From a virus (lineage: Duplodnaviria > Caudoviricetes): a stretch of DNA of 35,956 bases. The notes below the pieces were generated by a model. That model saw only the letters and a list, made by a program, of their open reading frames with translations, had not been told where the DNA came from and made no database searches. The first letter of the stretch is position 1. Each line of letters starts with the position of its first letter. The translations under genes were made by a program, and so were the position numbers. Below, piece after piece: positions 9,951-18,846 of the stretch. The stretch lies in the IMG/VR virus record IMGVR_UViG_3300012231_000030, positions 1 through 35,956 of that record; one strand, given 5' to 3'.

Positions 9951-10030
9951 TTATATCTCCACAAAGTATAGAGACTTATACAAATAGCACACAAAGACAA
10001 TATAGTAGTTAGTATCTGAATATCAGTCAC
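9947..10030 (-). CDS. 27-aa single-helix membrane peptide (absent from the ORF track)
   Basis: GTGA and ATGA overlaps with both neighbours, GGGAGG RBS. Translates as MTDIQILTTILSLCAICISLYTLWRYK. Confidence 0.5.
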   Translation of the reverse strand: MTDIQILTTILSLCAICISLYTLWRYK

Positions 10031-10119
10031 TTACCCCCTCCCTGACAATTAGAGCATTTTTTAATCACTGTTAAATGGGGTAACGTAATATACAAGTATC
10101 CACAATTCAAGCATTCCAT
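10027..10119 (-). CDS. 30-aa Zn-ribbon peptide
   Basis: The ATG lies just after the helicase stop. MECLNCG...KKCSNC carries two CxxC motifs. Confidence 0.5.
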   Translation of the reverse strand: MECLNCGYLYITLPHLTVIKKCSNCQGGGK

Positions 10120-10123
10120 TACG

Positions 10124-11668
10124 CTATATACTCTCTTTCGTGAGGAGCCTAGCAATGATCTCCTCATCTGATATTTCAGGTATTGGTTGTTCTTGTTCGT
10201 GGTCTTCGTACTTATAGTTACTTTCGACGAGAATGGCATCTTCCTTACCCCTTATCGGCAATATGCCGTTTATGTAGTCTACAAAGCCTTTCTTATCAGT
10301 AATTATGCTAGCTACTTCAGCTTTCCACTCTAAAGCAGCTAGTATACCAACTTCTACCGTCCCAGGCGCATACATATCTATAATATTGGTTTTCTTCGTC
10401 TGGCCCAATCTCCAATTCCGCCTTAAGGCTTGCAACCTTTTCTCCAGACTGTGACTGTTCGAGTAGAATATACTCGACAAGGCTTCGTTCAAAGTTAACC
10501 CATGCGCGGCGCTTGCCTGACTCAGCAATAAACCTTGGCAATTGCCCTTTTTCCATGACTGTATTTTCTCCTGCCTAACTATTGGAGTATCATTTGTACT
10601 AAGTCCCACAATTCTTTTACCAAGATAATTAAGAATATCCAGGGAACTATTACGATATACAGACCATACAATACATTGGTGGTTAAGGTCTTCCATGGTG
10701 TCTTTAAGGGTTTCAAGACGATCATTCTTGATCGATGCATATTGATTTTCCCCAAGCTTGAGTTGACCAACCGCAATCTGATGCAATTTAACAGACAGAG
10801 CAAGAGCATTAACAGCATCTATGTTATGACCTTCTATCCAAGTCATTGCAAATGCTTTCATTTCTTCGTAATGTTTAATCTGTTCTTTAGTTAAAGGTAC
10901 AGCTATCCTTCTACTGATTTGCTCTGGCATATCAGCACAATCTGTAAGTTTCAAGAAACTAGAGAACTTTCTCAAGCGTCTATACAAATCGTTCAGATCT
11001 CTATAACCTACAACTTCTTCAAAGGATCTATTGCCGAATTTTTTGTAACGCAATTCACAATATCTAGTTTTCATACCATAGAAGGTCTTAAAGCCCAATA
11101 ATCCCTTCTGTAGAAACTCAGTCTGTGAAAATACATCCAAAGGACTTTCTGTAATAGGTGTACCCGTCATAATACGTTTAAAAACAGCATCATCAGCTAA
11201 AGCAGTAGATACTTCAGTTCTGTCTGATTTTCTAGCTTTCATAGCTGTAGATTCATCATATATCCAGCCTATTTTCTTTCTATACTTTTTAACATAGTTA
11301 TAGCACATTTGAAACTTGTGCGATTTTAATGCATCATGATTAGCAACTATATAAAGTAACCTATTTTTGTCTTTAGTTTTCTTTCTTAAATCATCTTTCA
11401 ATGATGCACTAAAGGTATTATTCCAACCCCATGTATTATATTTTACTGTGCTATGTTTAGGTATTTCTTCTAAGATCCATGTACCATAAATCAAGGTCTT
11501 AGGACATACAATAATAACAGCATCAACATCAAAATTCGTATACCAGTATTCACTGGTTTCAATAGCCATATAAGACTTACCTGTACCTGCTTCACAAAAG
11601 AAAGCCCAGATAGCTTCTTTGATAGACTCGTCAAGTACTTCTTTTTGTTTAGCGTATGGAATGCTCAT
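10124..11668 (-). CDS. SNF2-like superfamily 2 DNA helicase
   Basis: Walker A EAGTGKS, motif II YDEST, motif III TGTP, motif VI QALRRNWRLGQ. Start MSIPY via ATGA overlap with AAGGA RBS. Confidence 0.9.
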   Translation of the reverse strand: MSIPYAKQKEVLDESIKEAIWAFFCEAGTGKSYMAIETSEYWYTNFDVDAVIIVCPKTLIYGTWILEEIPKHSTVKYNTWGWNNTFSASLKDDLRKKTKDKNRLLYIVANHDALKSHKFQMCYNYVKKYRKKIGWIYDESTAMKARKSDRTEVSTALADDAVFKRIMTGTPITESPLDVFSQTEFLQKGLLGFKTFYGMKTRYCELRYKKFGNRSFEEVVGYRDLNDLYRRLRKFSSFLKLTDCADMPEQISRRIAVPLTKEQIKHYEEMKAFAMTWIEGHNIDAVNALALSVKLHQIAVGQLKLGENQYASIKNDRLETLKDTMEDLNHQCIVWSVYRNSSLDILNYLGKRIVGLSTNDTPIVRQEKIQSWKKGNCQGLLLSQASAAHGLTLNEALSSIFYSNSHSLEKRLQALRRNWRLGQTKKTNIIDMYAPGTVEVGILAALEWKAEVASIITDKKGFVDYINGILPIRGKEDAILVESNYKYEDHEQEQPIPEISDEEIIARLLTKESI

Positions 11669-12033
11669 ACGAAATCCTTTGGGGGCATTGGTATTGGAAA
11701 CCCGATAGGTCGCCACAAATGTAGCACTTTTGGATGACAATCAATATAATCTGCTTGAGCAGGATGCAATTGCATTACAGTTTCATAAGGATAAAAGAAT
11801 AGTTCTTTCATAAACTGCATTTCATCCCAAGTAGGTAATCTAGGTTCTTTATGTACTTGTACACTAACATGATCCCAACCCATTCCAGTTGTAGCTATTA
11901 CACCATATGCAGTTTTAAATACAGGTATATAAAAACAACCAGCTTCACTTTCTTTGTAAGTTTCCCAATTAAGTTTATTTTCCCACTCTTTATCTCTATA
12001 TCTATTAACTTCAGCTTTAACTAAATCTTTCAT
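11665..12033 (-). CDS. Conserved phage protein (DUF7694-like)
   Basis: GWDHVSV...RLPTWDEM...VMQLHP...HPKVLHLWRP signature. Start at the Met after GGAG. Confidence 0.7.
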   Translation of the reverse strand: MKDLVKAEVNRYRDKEWENKLNWETYKESEAGCFYIPVFKTAYGVIATTGMGWDHVSVQVHKEPRLPTWDEMQFMKELFFYPYETVMQLHPAQADYIDCHPKVLHLWRPIGFPIPMPPKDFV

Positions 12034-12043
12034 TATCATCTCC

Positions 12044-12078
12044 AAAAAGTGGCCGGAGAGCTATTATACTCCCCGGCC
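12044..12078 (-). terminator. Intrinsic terminator after the Gp34-like gene
   Basis: On the - strand, a GGCCGGGGAG/CUCUCCGGCC stem (one G-U) is followed by ACUUUUU. Confidence 0.75.
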
Positions 12079-12086
12079 CAGTATGC

Positions 12087-12890
12087 CTAGAACGGAGCTT
12101 CTTCGTGATTGATAGAAGTTCCAGCCTCTTGCTCAGATTCAATCAAGGCCCTACGCAATACACCTTTAGCCGCGATTACAGCGTATGCTTTAGCTGCTGC
12201 GTAGACATCTGCAGACACCATTTTCATTCGCTCGAGCTTAGGAGACGACCAGACATACTGATCCTTTTGTTCTTTGATAGTATTTATTTTCCAAGTAAAC
12301 AAGAACCTTGGAGCTTTACGATCCGTATTTGGAATCATTGTAGTACTGATAGTAGAGTTCATCCTTCGAGACGCTTTAAGTGCAGTGCTTTTAAACGGTG
12401 CTATACACTGTACCCAAGCACCCATATCTGGCAACTTAGCCAGCATATAATGATACGCTGTCTCAACCAATTGATGTCCATTTGGTAGGACTAGCATTTC
12501 TTTTTCATCTACTATCTTAGGTCTTGCAGTCTTTAGAATCTCTGCATCAGGATCATGCGATGCAACTAATCCACCTCCAGCATTACGTGGAGTCCACTCA
12601 GTAACAAGACGCTCATAATAACAAGGCACAATAAGTAACCCAGCATCTCTTCCATCATAGACTTTTTCAAGGTTAGAAAGGTATAGCATACCTGCCTTAG
12701 CCTCTGGTATGTACTTAGCATGGTCTGGATTCACTTGTGGGCTATTCGTTTGTAGAACGTACATATAAGGAATTGCAATATCTTGCAATCCCATCTTACC
12801 ACCCAACTGCTCGTCTTTAACTAAATCATCTATAGACATTGGCATTTCAGCCAATGCCCCTGGTTGTTCAAGCATTATTTCATTCGGCAT
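12087..12890 (-). CDS. Conserved replication-module protein (Gp34-like, putative ssDNA-binding)
   Basis: DIAIPYMYVLQTNSPQV...EWTPRNAGGG motif and acidic/aromatic C-terminus EEAPF, as in SSB tails. Confidence 0.6.
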   Translation of the reverse strand: MPNEIMLEQPGALAEMPMSIDDLVKDEQLGGKMGLQDIAIPYMYVLQTNSPQVNPDHAKYIPEAKAGMLYLSNLEKVYDGRDAGLLIVPCYYERLVTEWTPRNAGGGLVASHDPDAEILKTARPKIVDEKEMLVLPNGHQLVETAYHYMLAKLPDMGAWVQCIAPFKSTALKASRRMNSTISTTMIPNTDRKAPRFLFTWKINTIKEQKDQYVWSSPKLERMKMVSADVYAAAKAYAVIAAKGVLRRALIESEQEAGTSINHEEAPF

Positions 12891-12899
12891 GTATTTCTC

Positions 12900-13499
12900 C
12901 TATGACACTTTCAACTTTGTTTCTCTACCCACGTATACATTAAATAGTTCACGAGGAAAGTCTTGGCCTGTGGTAATCATTTCCTTGATCCAGGCCCTAA
13001 GAGTCGAGTGATGCACTTCTTCACGGTTATCTGGATTAAGTCCCAACTGCTTAGCAATATCAACAAGGGCCTGAAGACGTGTTTGATCAAATCCTTTTGG
13101 ATATGGTACTGTAATCGATCCTTTAATGATGTCCCCATGTTCATTTTCCTCTAGCCAGCTTAAAGCTTCGGGTGTGGTTATTTTACCAGAGAAATAGGGT
13201 ACAACTGTTACTCTAACACCGCTGCGTAATCTGAATTCGTCAATACCTAATTCATCCATTAAATCTGGAATTTCATGTTCAGAAACTTTTTCAAGCTCTA
13301 GTTTCTTTTTAACTAGCTCTTGTTCTAATTCAGATAGTTCCATTTGAATTTGTAGCTGTTGTCTACAAAGGCTAGACAGTCTCTTTATTTTTTCTTCTGG
13401 TGGTACAGCCTTAAGTTCTTCATCAGTAAGAACCTTGCTAAGATCAAGGTCATCATCAAGCAAATCACTGATAGTCGTAGCTTTTTCAGTGGGTAACAT
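12900..13499 (-). CDS. Conserved replication-module protein (Gp33-like)
   Basis: Coiled coil then IPDLMDELG...WLEENEHGDIIK...VHHSTLRAWIKE, a family usually adjacent to the Gp34-like gene. Start at 13499 after GGAGG. Confidence 0.65.
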   Translation of the reverse strand: MLPTEKATTISDLLDDDLDLSKVLTDEELKAVPPEEKIKRLSSLCRQQLQIQMELSELEQELVKKKLELEKVSEHEIPDLMDELGIDEFRLRSGVRVTVVPYFSGKITTPEALSWLEENEHGDIIKGSITVPYPKGFDQTRLQALVDIAKQLGLNPDNREEVHHSTLRAWIKEMITTGQDFPRELFNVYVGRETKLKVS

Positions 13500-13731
13500 C
13501 AGAATCACCCTCCACGTTAGGTTTAACACTTCCTGGTAATTCATCAGTTGCATAGTCGTCTGCAGTCTGTTTTGCTACAGCGGCTACTAGATGACAAAAA
13601 CAAGAAGGACAATAACCTTCTACTTCTATTGCCTGTGTCATACCATTGATTGAAGCTTTAATTACTTCCATTATTCTTTCGAACTGATCTTCAGGTATCT
13701 TGTCAAAATGAATAGCCATTGGTTTTTCCAT
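13486..13731 (-). CDS. Hypothetical protein with a CPSCFC motif
   Basis: First ORF downstream of the promoter at 13772-13810. Confidence 0.55.
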   Translation of the reverse strand: MEKPMAIHFDKIPEDQFERIMEVIKASINGMTQAIEVEGYCPSCFCHLVAAVAKQTADDYATDELPGSVKPNVEGDSDVTH

Positions 13732-13771
13732 GAGTTAGAGTTATCAGAGACTGACACAACATACAAAGATT

Positions 13772-13810
13772 ATTATACTGCATCTCTAAGTCTCTTGTAA
13801 ACTGCCAATT
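13772..13810 (-). promoter_or_regulatory. Sigma70-type promoter with AATTGGCAG box (copy 1)
   Basis: AATTGGCAG-TTTACA-N18-TATAAT on the - strand. Confidence 0.8.
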
Positions 13811-13817
13811 GGACATC

Positions 13818-14420
13818 TCAGGTAGACCCAATTTGCAACTCAGGGCGCCTATATTTTTTAAACGCTCTAAAATGTACAATATCTAAATATTTTTCAATGC
13901 CATCTATCTCATCTATACGAAGGAATGGTTCAAGCAAATCTACTTCTATCCTTATTTTCTCACCACTAGCAGTGAAACCACCATGTGTACCTAGATCTTT
14001 GGTTAATTCTCTTATCAATTTAAATTCATAAAGATCAAATCCAGCTTTATTATATACTACATATATCAATTGCCAAGGATGCAATTCATGTGACATTCTA
14101 AGCATAGTAGTTACTTGATATTTTGGAGCATATACATACTTGCTTCTACGTACTTTACATTCTTGAAATACTGTCATAGCTTTATATAGCATAAATATAT
14201 CAGGCAAAGACGTACCTATATTTTCTATACGTCCTGTAAATATACCAGCATGACCTAACCATCTACGCCATAGTTCCTGTGCATCATATTCATTCATAGG
14301 AACACCATGTTCATTTTCATCTGTTACTTCGTATTTTTCCGCCAATAACTTATCATAAGCTTCGCCTAGTACATTTAAAGATTGCTGATATTCAACTATA
14401 GTTTTATCTTGGTCTGTCAT
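13818..14420 (-). CDS. PD-(D/E)xK nuclease (Holliday-junction resolvase / VRR-NUC-like)
   Basis: RIEN..G..LPD......FQECK motif, downstream of the DNA polymerase. Confidence 0.65.
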   Translation of the reverse strand: MTDQDKTIVEYQQSLNVLGEAYDKLLAEKYEVTDENEHGVPMNEYDAQELWRRWLGHAGIFTGRIENIGTSLPDIFMLYKAMTVFQECKVRRSKYVYAPKYQVTTMLRMSHELHPWQLIYVVYNKAGFDLYEFKLIRELTKDLGTHGGFTASGEKIRIEVDLLEPFLRIDEIDGIEKYLDIVHFRAFKKYRRPELQIGST

Positions 14421-14586
14421 CCTTTAATCCCAATTTTGCTTCTAACAAAGCCACACGTTTACCTATTAAACTAGCTTGATGTCTATGGTAACGCTGGACA
14501 TGTTCATCAGTTGCCTCATCTATCCTTTGAAGATGCCAATTTTGACAATTATTAAGGATAGTATACTTTTCAGCTGTCTTTTTCAT
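14404..14586 (-). CDS. Hypothetical protein
   Basis: 60-aa ORF overlapping both neighbours in the operon. Confidence 0.5.
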   Translation of the reverse strand: MKKTAEKYTILNNCQNWHLQRIDEATDEHVQRYHRHQASLIGKRVALLEAKLGLKDDRPR

Positions 14587-14752
14587 CTTTATCTAACTCC
14601 TTTCGAGCAGCTTGAATTATATGAATCACGTTCTCATATTGGCGGAAAGCACTTTTAGGCCATTGACCTTGTGTATAAATAAAGTCTATTGACATCTTAG
14701 CACCTTCAAGAGCTTGTCGTATGATTTCTTTATTCATTGTCAACCTCCCCAC
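14570..14752 (-). CDS. Hypothetical protein
   Basis: Short ORF right after polA; the likely start is MNKEII after GGGAGG. Confidence 0.5.
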   Translation of the reverse strand: MGRLTMNKEIIRQALEGAKMSIDFIYTQGQWPKSAFRQYENVIHIIQAARKELDKDEKDS

Positions 14753-16683
14753 GAACTCATTAATTTATATTTCATAAGATGTGGCACTTTAAAGGAAATA
14801 GCATTCTCAGTAACTTCTTTAATCAGCTTAGCTTCATGTTCACTATTAACTGATGCACCAATTTCATCATACAAAGTAATTAATAAATCAATCTTTTCTT
14901 TCCATAGAATAATTAAGGCTTTCTTCATCTGTTCGGCAGCTGATCCTTGTACTACAGAATTCATAGCTTTATGCAAATGAGCCCGGCGAATAGATCCATA
15001 TGCTTTCATTGCAGTTTCTTTGCCCTTGATTGGAAACTTACCCCTTTGAAAATGAGTAGGTTCCCACATATTAAATCTTCTACGTCTACCCAATATAGTT
15101 TTAACAAAGCCTCTTTGATCAGCTACTTCCATGCAATACTCAAGAAGTTCTTTCATAAATGGAAAGCCTCTGTCATATGATGCTAATATACCATCTGCTT
15201 GTGATAATGAAAGCTTTAACTTAACAGCTGTTTTCTTTCTACCCATACCGTAGGCTCTAGCTAAGTTGATTGTCTTAGCTTGATCTCTTTCAATAGGATC
15301 ATTTCTAACTCTATTAACCATATCCATAACCATATCATGAAAATCTGTAGCAGGATTATCAATATACAATTGCCTAGCTTCAGCAGCTCCTGTAAGCTTT
15401 AACAAAAAGGCATAATGTAAACTGATCCTTGGTTCCTGCTGGCTTAAGTCTCCTTTGAACCATTGTCCACCATTTCTTGCAATAAATAATGATCTAACAA
15501 GAGGCCCGAGTATTTTGTGTCTTGTAGGTATTTGACTGAGATTAGGATTACTACAAGCGACCCTACCACTACGAGTACCAGCAACATCGTCGCCAGACAT
15601 AAAGCTAGTACCGCGCGTCTGATACCATTGAGGGTGGACTCGACCCTTGTAAGATCCGTTGAGTACAACTGATTCAATGAAGTCTCTCCTTATTTTTTCT
15701 TGTTGTCTATATTCACCTATTCGAATTAATTCTTCTACTCCACTCTCTAATAAAAACAAATTAGTAACTGAATCATTATCCTTTTCTGTTTTAGGTGGAT
15801 CTAAACCTACTTCTCTTACTAATTCACCTAATTGCAACGGAGAGAAAGGATTCAAATTCGGTGCCCAATTTCGTATAGCTGCTAGTTTCAATTGACAATC
15901 ATCTATTAGCCTAGCATTCTCGGCTTCAGCTTTAGCAAGGTCAACATCAATCCCTTTAATTCGCATGTCAAAAAGGACTGGAGTTAATTCACACTCTAAC
16001 TCAAATACTTCACGTAACTCTTCTTCTTCAATCATAGGTTTTTGCAATTGAAATACTTCATAAGTAAGCATTGCGTCATCTTTTGCATATTCACCTACTA
16101 TATTAACAGGTAATCTCCAAAGCTTAGACCAATCAGGTTTACCATTACGTAATGCATAGCCAGCACTAAGTAATAATCCTTCAATAACTTCACGTGTCTT
16201 AGGCTTTAATCCATAATCTTTAGACAATGATGCTAAGGAATAAGACTGTTTCTCTTCGTCTATAAGGGATTCAACTACTTGTATGTCTACACACCAAGCT
16301 TTAACTTCTATACCTAATGACCATAAAGCTTCTAAATCATACTTGGCATTGGCAAATATAACAGTAACCATAGGATTGGATAGTATTATCTTTAGCCAGG
16401 CTTTAACTTGTGACCAATTGTTTATATTACCTTCCTTATGTCTTAAAGGAAAATACATACTACATCCAGGATAGTATACGGATATACCCACTACTTTAGC
16501 TTGTTCATAGACAAAGCCAGGGCCTATATCACTTAACCTAGGATCATGTGTTTCTGTATCCAATGCTAACTCAACTATTTTTGATGGATCTGGTAAGTCT
16601 AAAGCTCTTTCACTATAAGTTCGTGGGTCTCTCCCTTGTACATTACTTTCTTGCAAGCTGTGTTCTGTAGCATCATATAGCAT
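14740..16683 (-). CDS. polA: Family A DNA polymerase with 3'-5' exonuclease
   Basis: ExoI DTET, ExoII NAKYD, ExoIII YAKDD; TRSGR...NPNLSQIP; motif A DLSQQEPR; motif B RDQAKTINLARAYG; QGSAAE; motif C YDEI. Confidence 0.95.
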   Translation of the reverse strand: MLYDATEHSLQESNVQGRDPRTYSERALDLPDPSKIVELALDTETHDPRLSDIGPGFVYEQAKVVGISVYYPGCSMYFPLRHKEGNINNWSQVKAWLKIILSNPMVTVIFANAKYDLEALWSLGIEVKAWCVDIQVVESLIDEEKQSYSLASLSKDYGLKPKTREVIEGLLLSAGYALRNGKPDWSKLWRLPVNIVGEYAKDDAMLTYEVFQLQKPMIEEEELREVFELECELTPVLFDMRIKGIDVDLAKAEAENARLIDDCQLKLAAIRNWAPNLNPFSPLQLGELVREVGLDPPKTEKDNDSVTNLFLLESGVEELIRIGEYRQQEKIRRDFIESVVLNGSYKGRVHPQWYQTRGTSFMSGDDVAGTRSGRVACSNPNLSQIPTRHKILGPLVRSLFIARNGGQWFKGDLSQQEPRISLHYAFLLKLTGAAEARQLYIDNPATDFHDMVMDMVNRVRNDPIERDQAKTINLARAYGMGRKKTAVKLKLSLSQADGILASYDRGFPFMKELLEYCMEVADQRGFVKTILGRRRRFNMWEPTHFQRGKFPIKGKETAMKAYGSIRRAHLHKAMNSVVQGSAAEQMKKALIILWKEKIDLLITLYDEIGASVNSEHEAKLIKEVTENAISFKVPHLMKYKLMSSWGG

Positions 16684-16985
16684 TTTTCACAAGGCTCCTC
16701 TGTGATATACGCAGTGTATATCTTTTCTACGTCATGACACCTTGCTATTGCGTTCATTTCAGCATGAATCGCTTTACAACTTAGATTTGCATCTAAATAA
16801 GCTGGACATGGATACAAAGGATCACAATGCGGTTTACCCCTTGGTTGCCCATTATATCCAGTTGCTATTATATTACCATATGTATCTACTAAAACACAAC
16901 CAACAGATTTTTTAAGGCATGTACCCCTAGCTGCTAAACACAGGGCTATTGCTATCATCGTTTGATCGAGTCCTATTCTCACCAC
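16599..16985 (-). CDS. dCMP deaminase family protein
   Basis: VGCVLVD...IIATGYNG, HAE and PCEKC Zn-binding motifs. Confidence 0.9.
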   Translation of the reverse strand: MVRIGLDQTMIAIALCLAARGTCLKKSVGCVLVDTYGNIIATGYNGQPRGKPHCDPLYPCPAYLDANLSCKAIHAEMNAIARCHDVEKIYTAYITEEPCEKCYMMLQNTACKKVMYKGETHELIVKEL

Positions 16986-17808
16986 TAGCCTCCATCAATG
17001 CTTTCTTAGCTATGTCTTGAACTATTTGTTTATCTGAACCAGTACCAACCATTTTAGCTATTTCTAGCATAGTTAATTTAATAGATGGCCATTTCCATAT
17101 ATGCCAAGGCTCATATCTATAACGTTGAAACGGCATAGTTTCTAGGTCCAGTTTATCCCATTGATCTTCATAGATATGACGTGATCCTGCATTAAGGAAA
17201 CAATAACCAAGTTCTACAGGATGCTCTAAACCCGATGCTATCTCTGCTGTTATGCAGGCAAAAGTAAGCATGTCATACGGTAGACCCATACCTGCGTCAG
17301 AACTACGCATGTTCACGACAGTGAATATGTTGTCATTTCGTATAAGAAACTGCATACTTATAGTACAAGATATATCTCTTGCCGGCAATGGGTTTCTTCT
17401 CCACAAAGTCATAACAGCTTGACGAGTATTCCTATCCTTATTAAGGATGTCTCTAACATACTGTTGCTGATGCTTAAAGTGTGGACCATAAGCACCGGCT
17501 AATATCTTACCATCATCACTATATGGAGCCTGGATCCTAGCTACTTCAGGCGACCAGTTAAGTCTATTGGATCCTTCCAATACCCACATAGATTCTGCAG
17601 CCATATATATCCATGAAGTATTAGGCTTAACAGTAACTATAGGATACTGCATATCATATGCCATTGAATGATTCAATATTTCAAATGACACACGACCTTT
17701 AGCACCAGTAGACTGTTGAGGCTCTACTGCTTGACCCGATCGTTTAATTTCTTCAATAGCTATAAGCCAACTATCATCAGCTGTTGCATGAATCAGTTTC
17801 AACTTCAT
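16927..17808 (-). CDS. Thymidylate-synthase-superfamily enzyme with dCMP-type specificity residue (putative dCMP methylase/hydroxymethylase)
   Basis: YSDDG...GAYG, DRNTRQAV, catalytic Cys in DISCT, RSSDAGMGLPYD (Asp where E. coli ThyA has Asn177), SRHIY. Confidence 0.85.
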   Translation of the reverse strand: MKLKLIHATADDSWLIAIEEIKRSGQAVEPQQSTGAKGRVSFEILNHSMAYDMQYPIVTVKPNTSWIYMAAESMWVLEGSNRLNWSPEVARIQAPYSDDGKILAGAYGPHFKHQQQYVRDILNKDRNTRQAVMTLWRRNPLPARDISCTISMQFLIRNDNIFTVVNMRSSDAGMGLPYDMLTFACITAEIASGLEHPVELGYCFLNAGSRHIYEDQWDKLDLETMPFQRYRYEPWHIWKWPSIKLTMLEIAKMVGTGSDKQIVQDIAKKALMEASGENRTRSNDDSNSPVFSS

Positions 17809-18064
17809 CTCCTTCAAATGAAAAACTCTCAACAACACGCTGAGAGTATCCGCTAATATCTATCCAATGATCTGGCTCATTTGGATCACCAGTACAAACA
17901 CGAGCTATTTTACCTAAGATCATATCAAGACCCTCTTTTTGAGAGTTTGTCATTTTATTATAAGCTGAGCCCTCTCTTACTATTTCTTTAAGAGTTTGTG
18001 CAACCGCAGCATACTCTATAAATCTACCATGTGTCTTTTGACGATCAGGAATAGTAGTCATCAA
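17777..18064 (-). CDS. DUF6378-like small helical protein
   Basis: RQKTHGRF...MILGKIAR...GDP...DHWIDISGY signature; this family is often found beside nucleotide pyrophosphatases. Confidence 0.75.
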   Translation of the reverse strand: MMTTIPDRQKTHGRFIEYAAVAQTLKEIVREGSAYNKMTNSQKEGLDMILGKIARVCTGDPNEPDHWIDISGYSQRVVESFSFEGDEVETDSCNS

Positions 18065-18483
18065 TCTACTCCTACTATTGTGTATACACCATCCAGTCCT
18101 TGATTCATATTCATCAAATCACTAAGAATAGGAGGTTCCCATCCTTCAGGCTTGACAACATCAAAGGTAGAGCCGCGCTCGCTTTCGTCCGGTGATTGAG
18201 CTCTAATTTTATTCATGTTAGCTTCATGTACACGCTTCCAAGCTTCTTCGAAATTAAAACCATGCAAGTAAGCTGTGCCCATAGCAACATAGACTATGTC
18301 AACTAAAGCATCCATTTGTTTTTCAAGATTACCTTCTTGCCAAGCACGAAGATATTCTTTGATTTCTTCGTCAAGAAAACCACTTCTGAACCAGAACAAA
18401 TCATCAGGTAGATCGCGTGGTCTACCCTCGTATGTCAATTCAAACTTCTGATGAAAGTCTATTATATCCTTATACATTGTCAT
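18061..18483 (-). CDS. MazG / PRA-PH-like all-alpha nucleoside triphosphate pyrophosphohydrolase
   Basis: DFHQKF...EEIKEY...DALVDIVYVAMG...VHEANMNK...VVKPEGWEPP. GAGGAGG RBS. Confidence 0.85.
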   Translation of the reverse strand: MTMYKDIIDFHQKFELTYEGRPRDLPDDLFWFRSGFLDEEIKEYLRAWQEGNLEKQMDALVDIVYVAMGTAYLHGFNFEEAWKRVHEANMNKIRAQSPDESERGSTFDVVKPEGWEPPILSDLMNMNQGLDGVYTIVGVD

Positions 18484-18493
18484 TAGTTTCCTC

Positions 18494-18612
18494 CTCTACT
18501 CCGGTGGGGGCACAGGCGACGTGTACTTTGTCTTTGGGGGTGTTGAACTGAACTACGTCTCGAGAAATAGGTCCAGTCTCACCTTAATTCCTATGCCCCC
18601 GCCGCAATAGAG
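18494..18612 (-). ncRNA. Candidate structured intergenic RNA (long irregular hairpin)
   Basis: Arms 18502-18516 and 18590-18604 are near-perfect complements and enclose a second stem. No ORF lies in the gap. Confidence 0.5.
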
Positions 18613-18624
18613 ATTCTAAGTTTA

Positions 18625-18825
18625 TTAAGACTGTTCTCCATCCCACTCAAGATCTTCACGACTTGTCGCTTGCGTATGGCGCTTGCCATCATAGCGAACA
18701 AACACACAGCTATCGTTGAAGCTGGTGATGACGCCGTACTCTAGCCGCCCGCCAGGATAACGATTGCCCGTGTAGACAACTTCACGCCCTATGTCGGCTT
18801 CGGTTGGGTTAAGTACTTTTGCCAT
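18625..18825 (-). CDS. Small SH3-like-fold phage protein
   Basis: DIGREVVY...EYGVITSFNDSCVFVRY...QATSREDL, a beta-barrel pattern. Confidence 0.6.
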   Translation of the reverse strand: MAKVLNPTEADIGREVVYTGNRYPGGRLEYGVITSFNDSCVFVRYDGKRHTQATSREDLEWDGEQS

Positions 18826-18846
18826 CTTTTTCTTTCCTTTCCTTGG

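Noticed and set aside
18540-18560. GTTCAA T-loop-like word suggesting a tRNA
   Set aside because: No cloverleaf, D-arm or anticodon arm could be built around it.
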